Source: Geosiphon pyriformis uo1
Lineage: Eukaryota > Fungi > Glomeromycota
Length of the DNA stretch: 64,000 nucleotides
NCBI GenBank assembly: GCA_016748015.1
Contig: JAAOMT010000512.1
Location: 716,719-780,718 of the forward strand
Direction of reading: 5' to 3'
A model generated the notes under the pieces. It was not told the DNA's origin. It made no database searches and worked only from the letters and a program-made list of their open reading frames with translations. Positions within the stretch are counted from its first letter, which is position 1; every line of letters begins with the position of its first letter. Positions 38,845 through 50,507 of this stretch are shown in pieces. The position numbers and the translations under genes are program-made.

Positions 38845-39803
38845 TTGATGAGCAAAGAAATTTTTCTAGTATTCAAAATTTTATTATATGAAGACATTTG
38901 TGTTATTTTTCAATGACCAGTTATTTGTGGTTATTATTTTATTCTGATTTTATACACTCAAAGTAAAATTTAAAAATCGCTACTATTTTTGCGCTCATAA
39001 TATTATATTCTCCTTATTTAGCCTTTCTCTTTAATTACATCAGACATGTAACATCTCTTCGATTAAACTGGTAAGGGATTAAGGTGGCACTACATGTCTT
39101 GATCATAGATCTCGGAATATAACTAGGCAATGTACCAGTTCGGGTGAAGCCTCAATGGGGATACTCGACCTCTGCAAATCATGGGTACCATCTCAGCACT
39201 ACGTGCCTCGACCTCGGCGAAAAGATGCCAGTCACCTTATTTTATATGTGGCACATAATGTCTCGACATCGAACCTATGGGCAGAATGTAGATCAGGAAT
39301 CACCCATACACTCCTGTAAAATATATATATATAAACAAAAGCATTTTAAATATGAATAAAAATATATTTCAATTTCCAAAAATAACAATTATTTAATAAC
39401 CCAACCAATTACATAATAAATAATCATTCAAACCAAATTATTGACTATTTAAACAATTTCAATCAAAATAAATTCAAACAAGAAATGTTTTGAAATATTA
39501 ATTCAACAATGAAAAAATTTTTGGTAATGCTCACATTAAAAACTTTTAATTTTTAAATTAAAATCAAATAATTCCAGTTTTTATTTGAAAAAATTGCAAT
39601 TACTTATAAATTAAAATCTACATTTTTATTTAATTAAATATTTTATAAAGTTCAAATTTGTAAGTAAAAAAAAAAACTTTTTCTCTCGTCGATCCCCTGA
39701 CCATAGCGAGAGCAAGAAGTAAATTGATAGAATAGCTTTCTCCTTTTCCTTTTTCCCCTTTCGTCTTAAAGTTATTTCTCTTAGTACATCCCTTTTTGTT
39801 AAT

Positions 39804-41750
39804 ATGGAACCGACAGGCTCTTCTGCTGGTGGTTCAGGTTCTGTTTCAGTGGATTTGGGGACCTGTTCTGGTGTTAAATCTAAACGCTTGGCGAGTGCTC
39901 ACTCACGTGGTGCATCCTACAAGAAACCTAAGAAGCCTGTTGCTGTTGGTGGTGTGATTAATATGTCTGCTGGCCCTCTCAGCTTGGAAGATTTGGGTGA
40001 AGCTGGTGCCAAACCTGCGGTGTCCTGGGATAGTGATGTCGGTAGTGTAGCGAGCAGTGTGAGCAGTCTTTCGGATGTGGAAAATATGACGAACTTGGTT
40101 ACTGAAGAAACGAGCTACGTGGAATCTGGTGAGAACGATGACATGGATGAAGCCACGCCAAGGAAAACATGCACCAGGACGTACGCTCTGGGCAACCCAA
40201 TGAAACAACCCCTTTTTGACAATGTGAGTGACGATGATAGTGCGCTGGAGCTCTCTCTTCGCTTGCTTAGTGGTTCTAATCAATTGCCACCGCTCGTGTT
40301 ATGTGCCCTGGAGAAACGAAGCTTTGATTCGACAAAATCTTTTGCTCTTGATATTGAACTTTCTGCCGTTTCTGGCAAAACCAATAATGATAAATTGATC
40401 AGTTTGAAAAAAATTTTTTATTGCATTGATGGATTTGGGAGAGCTTCAACTCCCTCAAAATTCCCAGGGATCATCAAATCCTCCTTTACATCTGAAATTA
40501 GTTTGAATAAGGCTAGGGAAATGGCAATTGGTAAGAAAATTTTAGTCAATGATAATCTAAGAAAAATAAGTGTCCATTCAGATCGGGAAGTGATAGTCAA
40601 GGAGATCTCAGTGGATCTTTCCAGATTGGCAGTGGAGTCAGTCTTTTCCAAATTTGGCAAGATTGTTTTAATCAAAATGCAACTGGTTGGTCTTTGGCAA
40701 AAGGCCCTGGTTGAGTTTGAGTCATCTAAAGTAGCTAGTCTGGTTGCTTCCAAATGGTTAGTCTTCATGGGAAAAAATTCGGTGCATGTGGCTTTGGCAG
40801 TTAGTAATAAACAAACGTGGGTATTAAGAGATCAGCATTAGGCTTTGCTTTATACTCTTTCAGTTGGCACCAATGCCCATGATCTTTCCGGTTTGATGGA
40901 ATCATACGGTGGGAAGACTTGTTTTATTGGCCGTAATCCTAATTCATATGTTTGTAATAGATGTGCTGTAATTTGTTTTGGTGATAAGGCGTCCAAGTTG
41001 GCTACTATTGGTACCATTCCAGTTTTCAAGGGTGTGAGTTTGCATTGGGCTGGTCTTTCTTTGGCCAGTTGCACTCATTGTAAACAATTTGGTTATGTTA
41101 TGGTCAACTGTTCTTTGGGTGAGTATTCTGGTGTTCGTGTGAAGAGAGTAGTCTCTGAACAAGATTGGATTCGTCTAGCTAAGATATATAAAAAAAAGTT
41201 GGCTCCTATTGCTTGTCCAGTCTCGTTTGGTAGTAAAACATGGGCCTAAGTTGCTGGTGGCTCTTTTTCTTATGTGATTCTCTCTGGTTTGGTTAGTGCT
41301 GGTTTGCATTCTGGTTTGGTTCCTTCTTCAATGATGACTGACTCTCCTACCGTTTCTCATTTGAATGACTGGCTGGCAATTTTGAAGTGCTCTTTGGAGC
41401 TTTTGACTGACCACATTTCTGGCATTTTGGTTCGACTGAAATCCATTGATTTGGTTCCTGCAGTGATCCCATCTCTGAGCCTTCTTCCTGCTGTTTCTGA
41501 GACTTTGACTTCTAATGTAGATTCTGATATGATTATGGATACTGCTTTGGTCTCATCTGGTACTCCTCCATCCGTCGTTCATAATGCTGTTGTTGAGCTC
41601 AGCTCTAGTAGTTCCAAAGTTCTTACTGCCAAAGTGGGTGGTTTGGAAACAAAATTGATTGCTTTGGAGGCCTTAGTTGGTTCAGTTTTGGATAAGTTAA
41701 ATATTCTGTGCTCTGGTTTAGGTTTGTCAGTTCCCCTGTCTTCTCAATGA
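39804..41750 (+). pseudogene. LINE ORF1 (RRM-like + CCHC knuckle), 2 nonsense codons
   Basis: ORFs 39804, 40845 and 41274 share one frame; VFSKFGKI...ALVEF (RRM-like), CTHCKQFG(H>Y)VMVNC. Confidence 0.88.
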
Positions 41751-44700
41751 CTCACTTAATTTGGAAAATTGCTGCGTGTAATGTCAGAGGTATGAACAAT
41801 TGTGCAAAGCAGGCAGATATTATATGTTGGCATAAGGATATGAACAATCTGGTCTCCATTGTTACTGAAACAAAGTTAAGAGACATGGTTTGTCCGTGGA
41901 TTGCCGATAAGTTTGATGGTGTTCGTGTTTTTACTTCTGGTCTGGATTCTGGTCACATGGGTTCTGGTGTTGCAATAATTATGGACTCTTCTTTAGTAAG
42001 GCATGTGTGCAAGATTTCGGAGATACTTGGTCGGCTGTTGTCATTAAGACTGCTCTTTGGAAATAAACTTTTTGTGTCTATTTTGGGGCTGTATGCTGGT
42101 GCGTCTTCAGTGGTTTGGTTTTCTCAGGCTAGTGATATCAATTCTCTTGTTGCCAAAGCTGTGAATGAGACTTTTTTTGTCATTCTTGGTGGCAATTTCA
42201 ATGAAGATGGGTCTCATAAATGTGCCAGTTTCAGAAAGTGTTTTGATTTGGGCCTGGTCAACTCTCTAAGTGGAAGTGCTTTTGTGAAGTCTCCAACATG
42301 ATGCAATTCTTGTGGCATTGCCAAGACAATTGATTATGTGTTGGTTTCCTCTAGTTTAGTTAATGCAATCATGGATCGTAATGTGATGGGTGTTGAAGAT
42401 TTTTTTGATACTGATCATAAGATTGTTTCTGTTTCTGTGGGTTTGGGTGGCTTGTTTGATCCTCAGCTGAATTCGATGTGCAAGCAGGTTAATAAAGATT
42501 GTTGGAAATTCGATTTTGGAAATGCTGGCAAGAAAGGGTAGAATGATTTTAAGAATGCTACATTGGCCAATAACCTAATGTGCTTGAGTGATTTTGCTGC
42601 CTCTGTGAAATTTTCAGATTTGGATGCTATCTGGGACATTGTACACAAAATAATGACTCTCTTAGCAGTTGGGACATTCAAGAAGAAATGGTTTAAGAGT
42701 TATGATAAGGTTTTTACCAAGAGTTCTTCTAGGTTTTACAAGCTTGAGCTGCTGGTGTCCAAGCTGGTTAAGGCATCTCGTTTGTTGTCTAGTGTGAAAT
42801 TTGCATTATTGTTGAATACGTGGGAGAGGCTTGACATTAATAGTGCTTCAGTGGTTAAGTTTTTGTTTCTTTTGGGTTCCAATTTTAACATGATTCACTC
42901 AGCTCTGGCTAAGGCAAGGAAGTCTTACTGCTCTGCTAAATTGCTGGAATCCAGACGTACTAAGGAATCTCGTATCAGGACAGCTATTGATAAGAGGATG
43001 GAAAGTTTTGAATCAGACAAGGGTCACACCATCAGGAGTGTTTTGGAGCATCCCTTTCACAAAGTGGTTCTGGATCATCTGATTGTATGTGATGAGTTGA
43101 TTTTGGAGCCCAGCTTAGTCAAGACTAGGGTGGATGGGATCATGGAAGGCTGGACCAGGAAGCACAAGGTGGTGCCTGATATCTCTGATAATTGGTCTCG
43201 CCAATACAAGCCTTTGGAGTATGTTTTTGATGGTGCCTTTTCTGATGTAATGTGTTCTGTTGGTTTCAATGAATTGTTCAGTGTGGTTTCTAGTCTGCCT
43301 GAAGGCAAGGCTGCTGGTCTCTCTGGGATTTCGAACGAACTCTGGAAACACTGTGACAAGTCAATTTTGGATATGCTTTTGGTGCTTTTAAATTCTTGCT
43401 TGATTTGTGAGTCAGTGCCTAGTGCTTGGAAAGAAGTTTGGGTCTCAATAATTCCTAAGCCATATGAGTGGAAAGGGGTTCTTACAAACACCTAACTTAT
43501 TGCCTTGATTAAGACTGCCTGCAAAATTCTTTTCAAGATTCTTTCAGATAGGATCTCATTGGCTTGTAGTACTTTTAATGTTCTACATGAGGACAATTTT
43601 TCGGTTTTAAAGGGCACGACGACTCAGTCTCTCATTTTTGCCATTGGTTCAGTTATTGAGGATGCTTTGGAGAAGAACCGTGAGCTTTGGTTGGTCTTGC
43701 AGGACATGCAGAAAGCTTATGATTCTGTTGGGTGGGAACACCTTCAGGACAGTTTGGTTAGGATAAAAATGTGCAGCAGGTTCATTAGATTTTTTGGCAG
43801 CATCCACAGTGGTTACATTAACAGAGTTATGATGGATTTTGGTTTGATGGATGGGTACAAGGTACATGATGGCTTGAACCAAGAAGAAGTGTTTTTATCA
43901 CTTTTTTGGTGCATATTTTATGATCCCCTTTTGTGTAAAGTTAAGAGGCAGACAGATGGGTGTGATTACAGAGTGAATTTTTATTTTATTTCTGTATGTG
44001 GTTATACTGAGTCTTGAGCTGGTGTATCTTCATTTTTCGCAGCAGGTGCCTTTGTTGATGATACTATATGGGTTGGCAGCAGTCAAAGTACTACACAGCA
44101 CATTCTCAACATTGCTAGTGAATTTTTTGATATCAATGACATATCGATTAATAATGATAAGACTGTTGCCATCTCCATCAATTGTGATGGTACGGCTTCC
44201 TCTTTGTTGATCAGCAGGTTACCTATTTCTATTGCCAAGAAGGGGGAATTGTATTGCTATTTGGGGATCTATTTGTCAACTGAGGGTTTTTCGAAGCCTA
44301 GTTTGGTTAAGATGCATTTTGATGTCTGGTTCTTTTCTAATTTGGTCCTAAAAAAAGCAGTGTCTGATAAGCAGTTTTCATATTTGGTTGTGATGGTTCT
44401 CTTTCCTATCGTTGGATATAGAACACAATTCAGTTACATTCTTATTAGTGTTTGTAGGAAGTGAGACACTTTGATTCATAAGGGCTTGAGATCTAAGTCT
44501 GGTTTGCCACGTGATTTCCCCAATGATGCGATTCATTATCCCTCTCTGTATGGTTTGAAGACTTTTGAGCAGATTCAGGCTAAGAGTAAATTGGCTTCAG
44601 TCATTTCTTTTGCGAACTCTGTTGGAATTTTGGGGTGTCTATTTTCTTACCGGTTGCATGATCTGCAGGTTCTCTGCTGGCATCCGCTACATCCTCTGCA

Positions 44701-46435
44701 GTATCCGGTTCATGTCAAGGTCAATCCTCTAAATAATTTTCTGGCAGGTGTGGTGCGTATTTTCTCTGGGTGTGATTTGTCATTGGGTGGCTCTCTGGTT
44801 AGCACTTTTCATTGGCGGAGTGGAACTTCTATGTCCTTTGTTCTTGGTGAATCATGTTATGTCAAGAGTGTCTCTTTACTTCGGCATTATGGAATTGCTT
44901 TCATAAATTAGCTGTGGAACCAAAATGGGGCTGTTTTTGAATGGAAGACCTTCAAATGGTAGAAGTGGTTGGACCCACATGGTCCAGTTCCTGCCTGGTT
45001 TGAGCTGTCTGTTCGTTTTCTTGAAGGTGTGTCTTCTCCTCTTGTCTGTTCTATGCTTTTGGCTGGTTGCGACTCTTTAGATGTTCTTCAGTCTCATGAG
45101 TTTGGCATCATTAGTGCCAGTTTGTTCAATTCCAATGTTAATCGTCTTTCCGTTTATACAGATGAATCTCTAAGTAATTTAGGGACTGTCGATATAAAAG
45201 CTGGAGCTGCTGTTTTCTTTGAGAACATTGATATGGGTTTGGGTGTAGGGGTATCTGGTTTGATGTCTTCTATTTTGACGGAACTGATGGCCATTGCTCT
45301 GGCACTCAAGTGCGTCCCTTCTTCTTACTCAGTTGACTTGTTCTCAGACAGTCAGGCTGCTTTGGATGCTTGCAAGTTGGAGATAGAATTGGTTTGCCTG
45401 GATTTTAAGAATCGGTATTGGATTGAATGCCATTATATTGTGAATATCATTCGTCGTAAGAATTTAAGAGTTAATTGGTGTAAGGTCAAAAGACACTCAA
45501 GGGTTTCAGACAATGAATGGGCTGATAAGTTGGCAAGAACTGCAGCTCTTTCTGGTTGGCATTTGCCCTATTTTGTCAATGAACACTATCTAAGGGATGG
45601 TAGTGCAGCCATTTCTGGTAATTCTAGGCATTTTGTTCAGGATGTTTTTTGGTCTGTTCATTGTGTGTATTGGGAAGTCAGTTGTGACATTGGGGTGGTG
45701 GCAGATAGTCTGCATACAGATATTGATTGGTTTAGGTTGTCGCTGGTTTGGCATCCAGATTTTCACATGGCTGCTAACTTTACTAGCAAGCAGACTGCTG
45801 GTCTCTGGACTTACTTTATAAAAGCATTGCACTATTGGCTCCCAGTTGCCATGTGTAAGCGGCTTTATGATAAGCACTACCCTAGTGTGGTGTGTTTGTT
45901 CTGTGGTGATGTCAAGGTCTCTGACCATGCTTTTTCTTGTTCATTTGATGCCAATAGTCGTGCTCAGTTGTTGGATGCTTATGTGGCAGTTTAGGGTGTG
46001 TACTCCAGTCTGGCTCATTTTTCTTCAGGTGTCTTGCAGCTGCTGTCCACTTGTGTGTCTAACATTTCAGTTAGTACTGCTCTGTACAAAAGTTTTGTTT
46101 TCAAAGATTGGTTTCGTGAGTCTGTTTCTGTCTTCAAGGATTCCAGTATAGCAAGTCAGAACATTGTGGCCTTTGTGTGTGAGTTCAGCTTGGCTTTCTG
46201 GGAAGACATTTGGTTGGTTCGCGCCAAGCACCATGCATTTATGGAAAAAAATGAGCTTATTCCATGCAATGGATCTGCTTCTGTCCTGATTTCTGGGCTT
46301 TCTTTAGGGCTGTCATCTGGCATGACCCAGTTGCTGGGTATTGCTAAGGCAATTGGTGTTGGTTTTGGGTTCCATAAGTCTTGTTTGTTTTTTTCAGGCA
46401 TAGGAGGTAAGGTCTTTGTTCATATAGGTGCTTAG
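41747..46435 (+). pseudogene. LINE ORF2 (AP endonuclease, RT, RNase H, C-terminal Zn finger), >=8 nonsense codons, no frameshift
   Basis: ACNVRG/ETK/G(D>N)FN/IDY/DTDH; LQDMQKAYDSV, AFVDD; VYTD(G>E)S, ELMAI, FSDSQAA, NEWADKLA; CLFC...H...C. Confidence 0.93.
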
Positions 46436-46599
46436 TGTTGTCCTAATTGGTCTGAGTGGCTGGTCACATATAGATAATGTATGATTCACACCTAGTTTAG
46501 ATCATTTGTATGATGTATTGCACTAGGTAGTATTTGGATTTCACTCGTTAAATATTAATAAAAAATAAAAAAAAAGTAAGTATATATTAATATTTAATA

Positions 46600-48656
46600 T
46601 AAATTTCTTAAACAATAAAAATTTGTAATTAAATTTAATAATAAATTTACATATACATGTTTTGTTTTTTGCAATATTTATTTTTGATATTTAAAACAAA
46701 AAAAACAAAAAATCAATAAAATATATTTAAATATTATAATTTAAAACTTGTTTTGTCTCTTTAAAAAGTTAATTTAAGTGTATTTTTAATTTAATTATTG
46801 GTTTGCTTAAGATTTTAATCAGTTTAACAATAAACACAAAACTTATATTAATAATATTTTTTTTTATTAATGTTTTAATAAAATGTGTTCAAAAATTATT
46901 TAATACAATACACCTAATTAAATAACTTAAATTAGACATTAATTATGCATTTTTTATATATATAATTAACCACTTAAGTTAGTTAAAACACTAATTAAAC
47001 TAAACCAAAAAAAGCTAAAAGTAAATTTTGCTTACCAAGTCTTTTAATAATATTATTAAAATTTTTAAAATTAAAAATAAATTTACTTAAAAACAATCTA
47101 ATTTTTTTAATATTACTTTTAACTTTAGAATTATATATTTATTACAAAGTAACTATATAATTACATATTATTTTACTTAAAAAATATGTTTTAGTAATAC
47201 TTAAATTATTATTATCTATATTATTAAACTTAATTTCAGTTTTAAAACTAACAAAGTTTTTAAACACACCAGTTAAAAAAAAGCAAAACTCTAAGAAATA
47301 TTAAGCATAATAAGCAAAATTTTCTCAACTTTATAACTTTTGTGTATATTTTCAAACACAAAAAAAGTTACTAAAACAACCAAAAAACCAATAGATTTAA
47401 CAATAAATTTTACTAAAACAGCCAAACTTAAAATCTAAGATTTCAAAAAATTTAACTTAAACTTAATAGCAAAGTTAATAGCAAAAACAGTTAAAAAAAC
47501 AATAGAAAAAGAAACCAAAGGAGTAAAACTTCAACATAAAACTTTTTATTTATGAAAAAAAACATAAAAAATTCAAAGTCAATAATAAACTTAAAAGACA
47601 ACTTAAGAAAAAGAAAAAAAAATACTTTGTATTTAGTAAACAAATAGTTTAAATTTTAATATCTGTAGTAGTAACAGTAATTAAGAGTTTTCTATTAGAT
47701 ATAATATTTGTGCAAAATATCAGTTTTTATTATAACAAGTTTTAATAACTTACAAGTCTTAAAAATAATAACAGCAAAATATTAACAACAATAAAAATTA
47801 GAAAAATAAAAAATAAAACAAGTTTGGTTATTAATCTAAAAAATTATATTACTAATTTTAAAAACAGTATATTTAAAAAAAAAATTAACTAATTTGGTCT
47901 TAAAAAAATTTTTTGAAATAATAATTTTTTTTTAATTAAAAAAAAAAATCTAAACACTATTTTTTTTATTAGTACAAATGAGTTATTAAAAGTATTAATA
48001 GCAAAAAAAAGTTTTTAAAATTAACAATAGCATATTATTATAAATTAACAGATTTTAATTTAACAGAAATAATAATACCAAAAATACAAAGAGCATTTTT
48101 AATATTATTAAAAGATATACTAATAAAAATATTACAAAATACAACAAATATAAAAAAAAACAAAAAATTATCACAGAAGATTTTGTAATTTTAAATATGA
48201 TCAAAAAAAAACCATTAATAAAAATCTTAACAATAACAATCAAAAAAGTTTTAAAAGCAAAATTTACATAAAACAACTTAATATTGTTTTTAAAAATTAA
48301 CTTGAGTTCAACAAAGCCAGACAACAAATAAAACAAAGAATTAATTAAGACCAACTTAATCTTGAAAATAAAACCAAATACCAGAGTAAAAACCACTTAT
48401 TTAAAAAAATTTTAACAATTAAAAATTGTTTTTTAAGTATTATTAAAAACAATACCAAAAAACAAAAGAGCAGAGATTAATTTAGTTTTTATCTAATAAG
48501 CTCAATTTTTAAGATTAAATGACTTTATAAATTGTTTTGCTTTTAGAACCAAAAATAATTTGCCAAAAGACATTATATTTGACAATATAGTTAGTAATTA
48601 ATTTTGACTTATCTTAAAAGACATATTATTATTATTGTTGTTTATATTAAAAAATA
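46600..48656 (-). mobile_element. Probable decayed LINE ORF1-region relic on minus strand, possibly continuing at 63586-64000
   Basis: Strand bias opposite to the plus-strand LINEs (A/C-rich plus strand) and LINE ORF1-like hydrophobic translation on the minus strand; very decayed. Confidence 0.4.
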
Positions 48657-49657
48657 TAAGATTCTGATTAAACCAAATTAAATTAAACCAATTTTTTAAA
48701 ATAGGTTTAGTTTGAGTTTGGCATTAAATTTTTTTGATAAGTTTGAGTTCAATTTAAGTTTGGTTCGAAGTTTATAAACTTGTTCAAATTTAATAAAATT
48801 AAAAAAAGATATAATTTATATTACTTGTTTATTAATTATTATTTTGTTTAATTACTATAATTAGTTAAAAAAATATTTAAAAATATATATGTATAACAAC
48901 TCTACTTTTTAACTTACCAAAATAAATTCATTGTTGACATTGTTACAAAATGGTTTTCTTGGTATATTTAATTGCTAATATCCCATTTTAATTGCAATCA
49001 GTTTCTTGTAAAATTTTCAATTTTATTTGTGTAATAACATTAATATTATACTAAAAACTTTTTTTTTAATATTACAATATAAGTTATTTCTTAATTTTTA
49101 ATTGTTGTATGTGTTTATATACTTTTTTTCAGAGGCTAAACTGCAATCTACCTGCTGTTTGAAGTTTTTTTTAAGGCTATTCTTGCAATTGTCTAATGTG
49201 TTTCTCTAATTTAGAAACATAAAATATTAATGGCCTTTAGCACTTTTTTTAATTCTCACAATAAAGCTTTTATTAATTAGTAACAACATGAATAATTTTG
49301 ATCAGAGATTATTTTTTCAAGAGATTCAGCTAATAAATAATAGTTTCATCTAATAAATAATACAAATAAGTTTCTTAATACTTTGAGTTATGATTATTCA
49401 GTTTTCAATATTCTCTTTTATTTTTTTTTAATTAAAGGTTTTTATGGATATTTATTTTAAAATAAAAACTAGAAGATAATTAAAGTGGAACTGTTAGATG
49501 AATTGTTTGATAATTTGTTTTATAACTTTCTTGTTTTTCTCAATATTAAAGCTATTGTATATATATATGTTTGTAGTTTACATTATAATACTTTTTTTTT
49601 GGTATCTCAATTTGGTATTTATTACTATTATCAGTTAATATTGATCACTATTACCAA

Positions 49658-50490
49658 TGTTACTCATATAATATAGGAAGTATATTAGCATATAAATTAG
49701 CCAATTAGAAGTAGCCATAGTAAATGTGGAATTCCAGGATTCCTCTCAAGAGAAATTGCAGAATTCCAGAAATTACAGGATTTTCATACAAAAAAATCGC
49801 AGGATTCCAGAATTCCTCTCAAAAAGAATTGCAAGATTCCAGAAATTCCAGGATTTCTGGTGTAAAAAATTGAGGAATTTCAATTATGTATATATAATGG
49901 TAGCATTAGAAGCAGAAAAGAGAGACCTCCAAGTAAATCTGATCTAAGCAACCTTCCATTCACAAATATTAATAAATAATTATTTACTATCTTAAATCCA
50001 CTTTCCACTATCAACACTTTATGTTGATAGTAATTAATACTTAACCACACTGGAACAATAGCTTTTAATCATGGCTATTGACAAGATACTAACTTGCAAT
50101 TGCTTTTGTTTATTTTTTTATTTTCTTTTATTTTCTTTTATTTTTTTTGTTATTTCTTTGGTTTTATTAAATTGATTATAAATTAAGCACTGAGATACAG
50201 ACATCATAGGGACTGGTAAAAGACCTGTGAAACAAAGGTAGAACATTCATAGATTTGAGAATAGCTTACCAAGAGAATTACTGGCCACCATGCTGAAAAA
50301 GAAATTTGATGGAATTGCAATTCTGGGAGGCTATTGAAAACAACTATTAAATCTCTGTCCATTATACAAAAAACTCTGCAACAAACCTTCAGATCAACCA
50401 AATCTTTAGATATCAACCCCAGAATACCAATCAAGCACCAAGTTATGGATTTGTTATTTGCTTTGAGACTCCAAATAATCATCTATAACA
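49658..50490 (+). repeat. 5' LTR of element C
   Basis: TGTTAC...ATAACA; matches 59609-60430. Confidence 0.95.
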
Positions 50491-50507
50491 TTTAGTACTT
50501 CCTGTGA

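Larger units (their letters stand above)
39667..46575 (+). mobile_element. Full-length non-LTR retrotransposon (LINE with APE-RT-RNase H-CCHC; Tad/I-group-like)
   Basis: 7-bp TSD GTAAGTA (39660-39666 and 46576-46582), A-rich tail, two ORFs overlapping at ATGA. Confidence 0.95.

Noticed and set aside
39070-39086. TAAGGGATTAAGG as telomerase RNA template; AATGGGGATACTC (~39154) as RNase MRP motif
   Set aside because: Does not match a TTAGGG template, and the partner MRP P4 strand is absent.
39660-39666. LINE targeting of a splice donor (TSD contains GTAAGT)
   Set aside because: Single instance in AT-rich non-genic DNA; likely chance.
49726-49947. Repetitive ORFs within LTRs (also 50204-50482, 59648-59833, 10794-10994)
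   Set aside because: Translations of U3 repeats or antisense U5; not conserved between LTR types.
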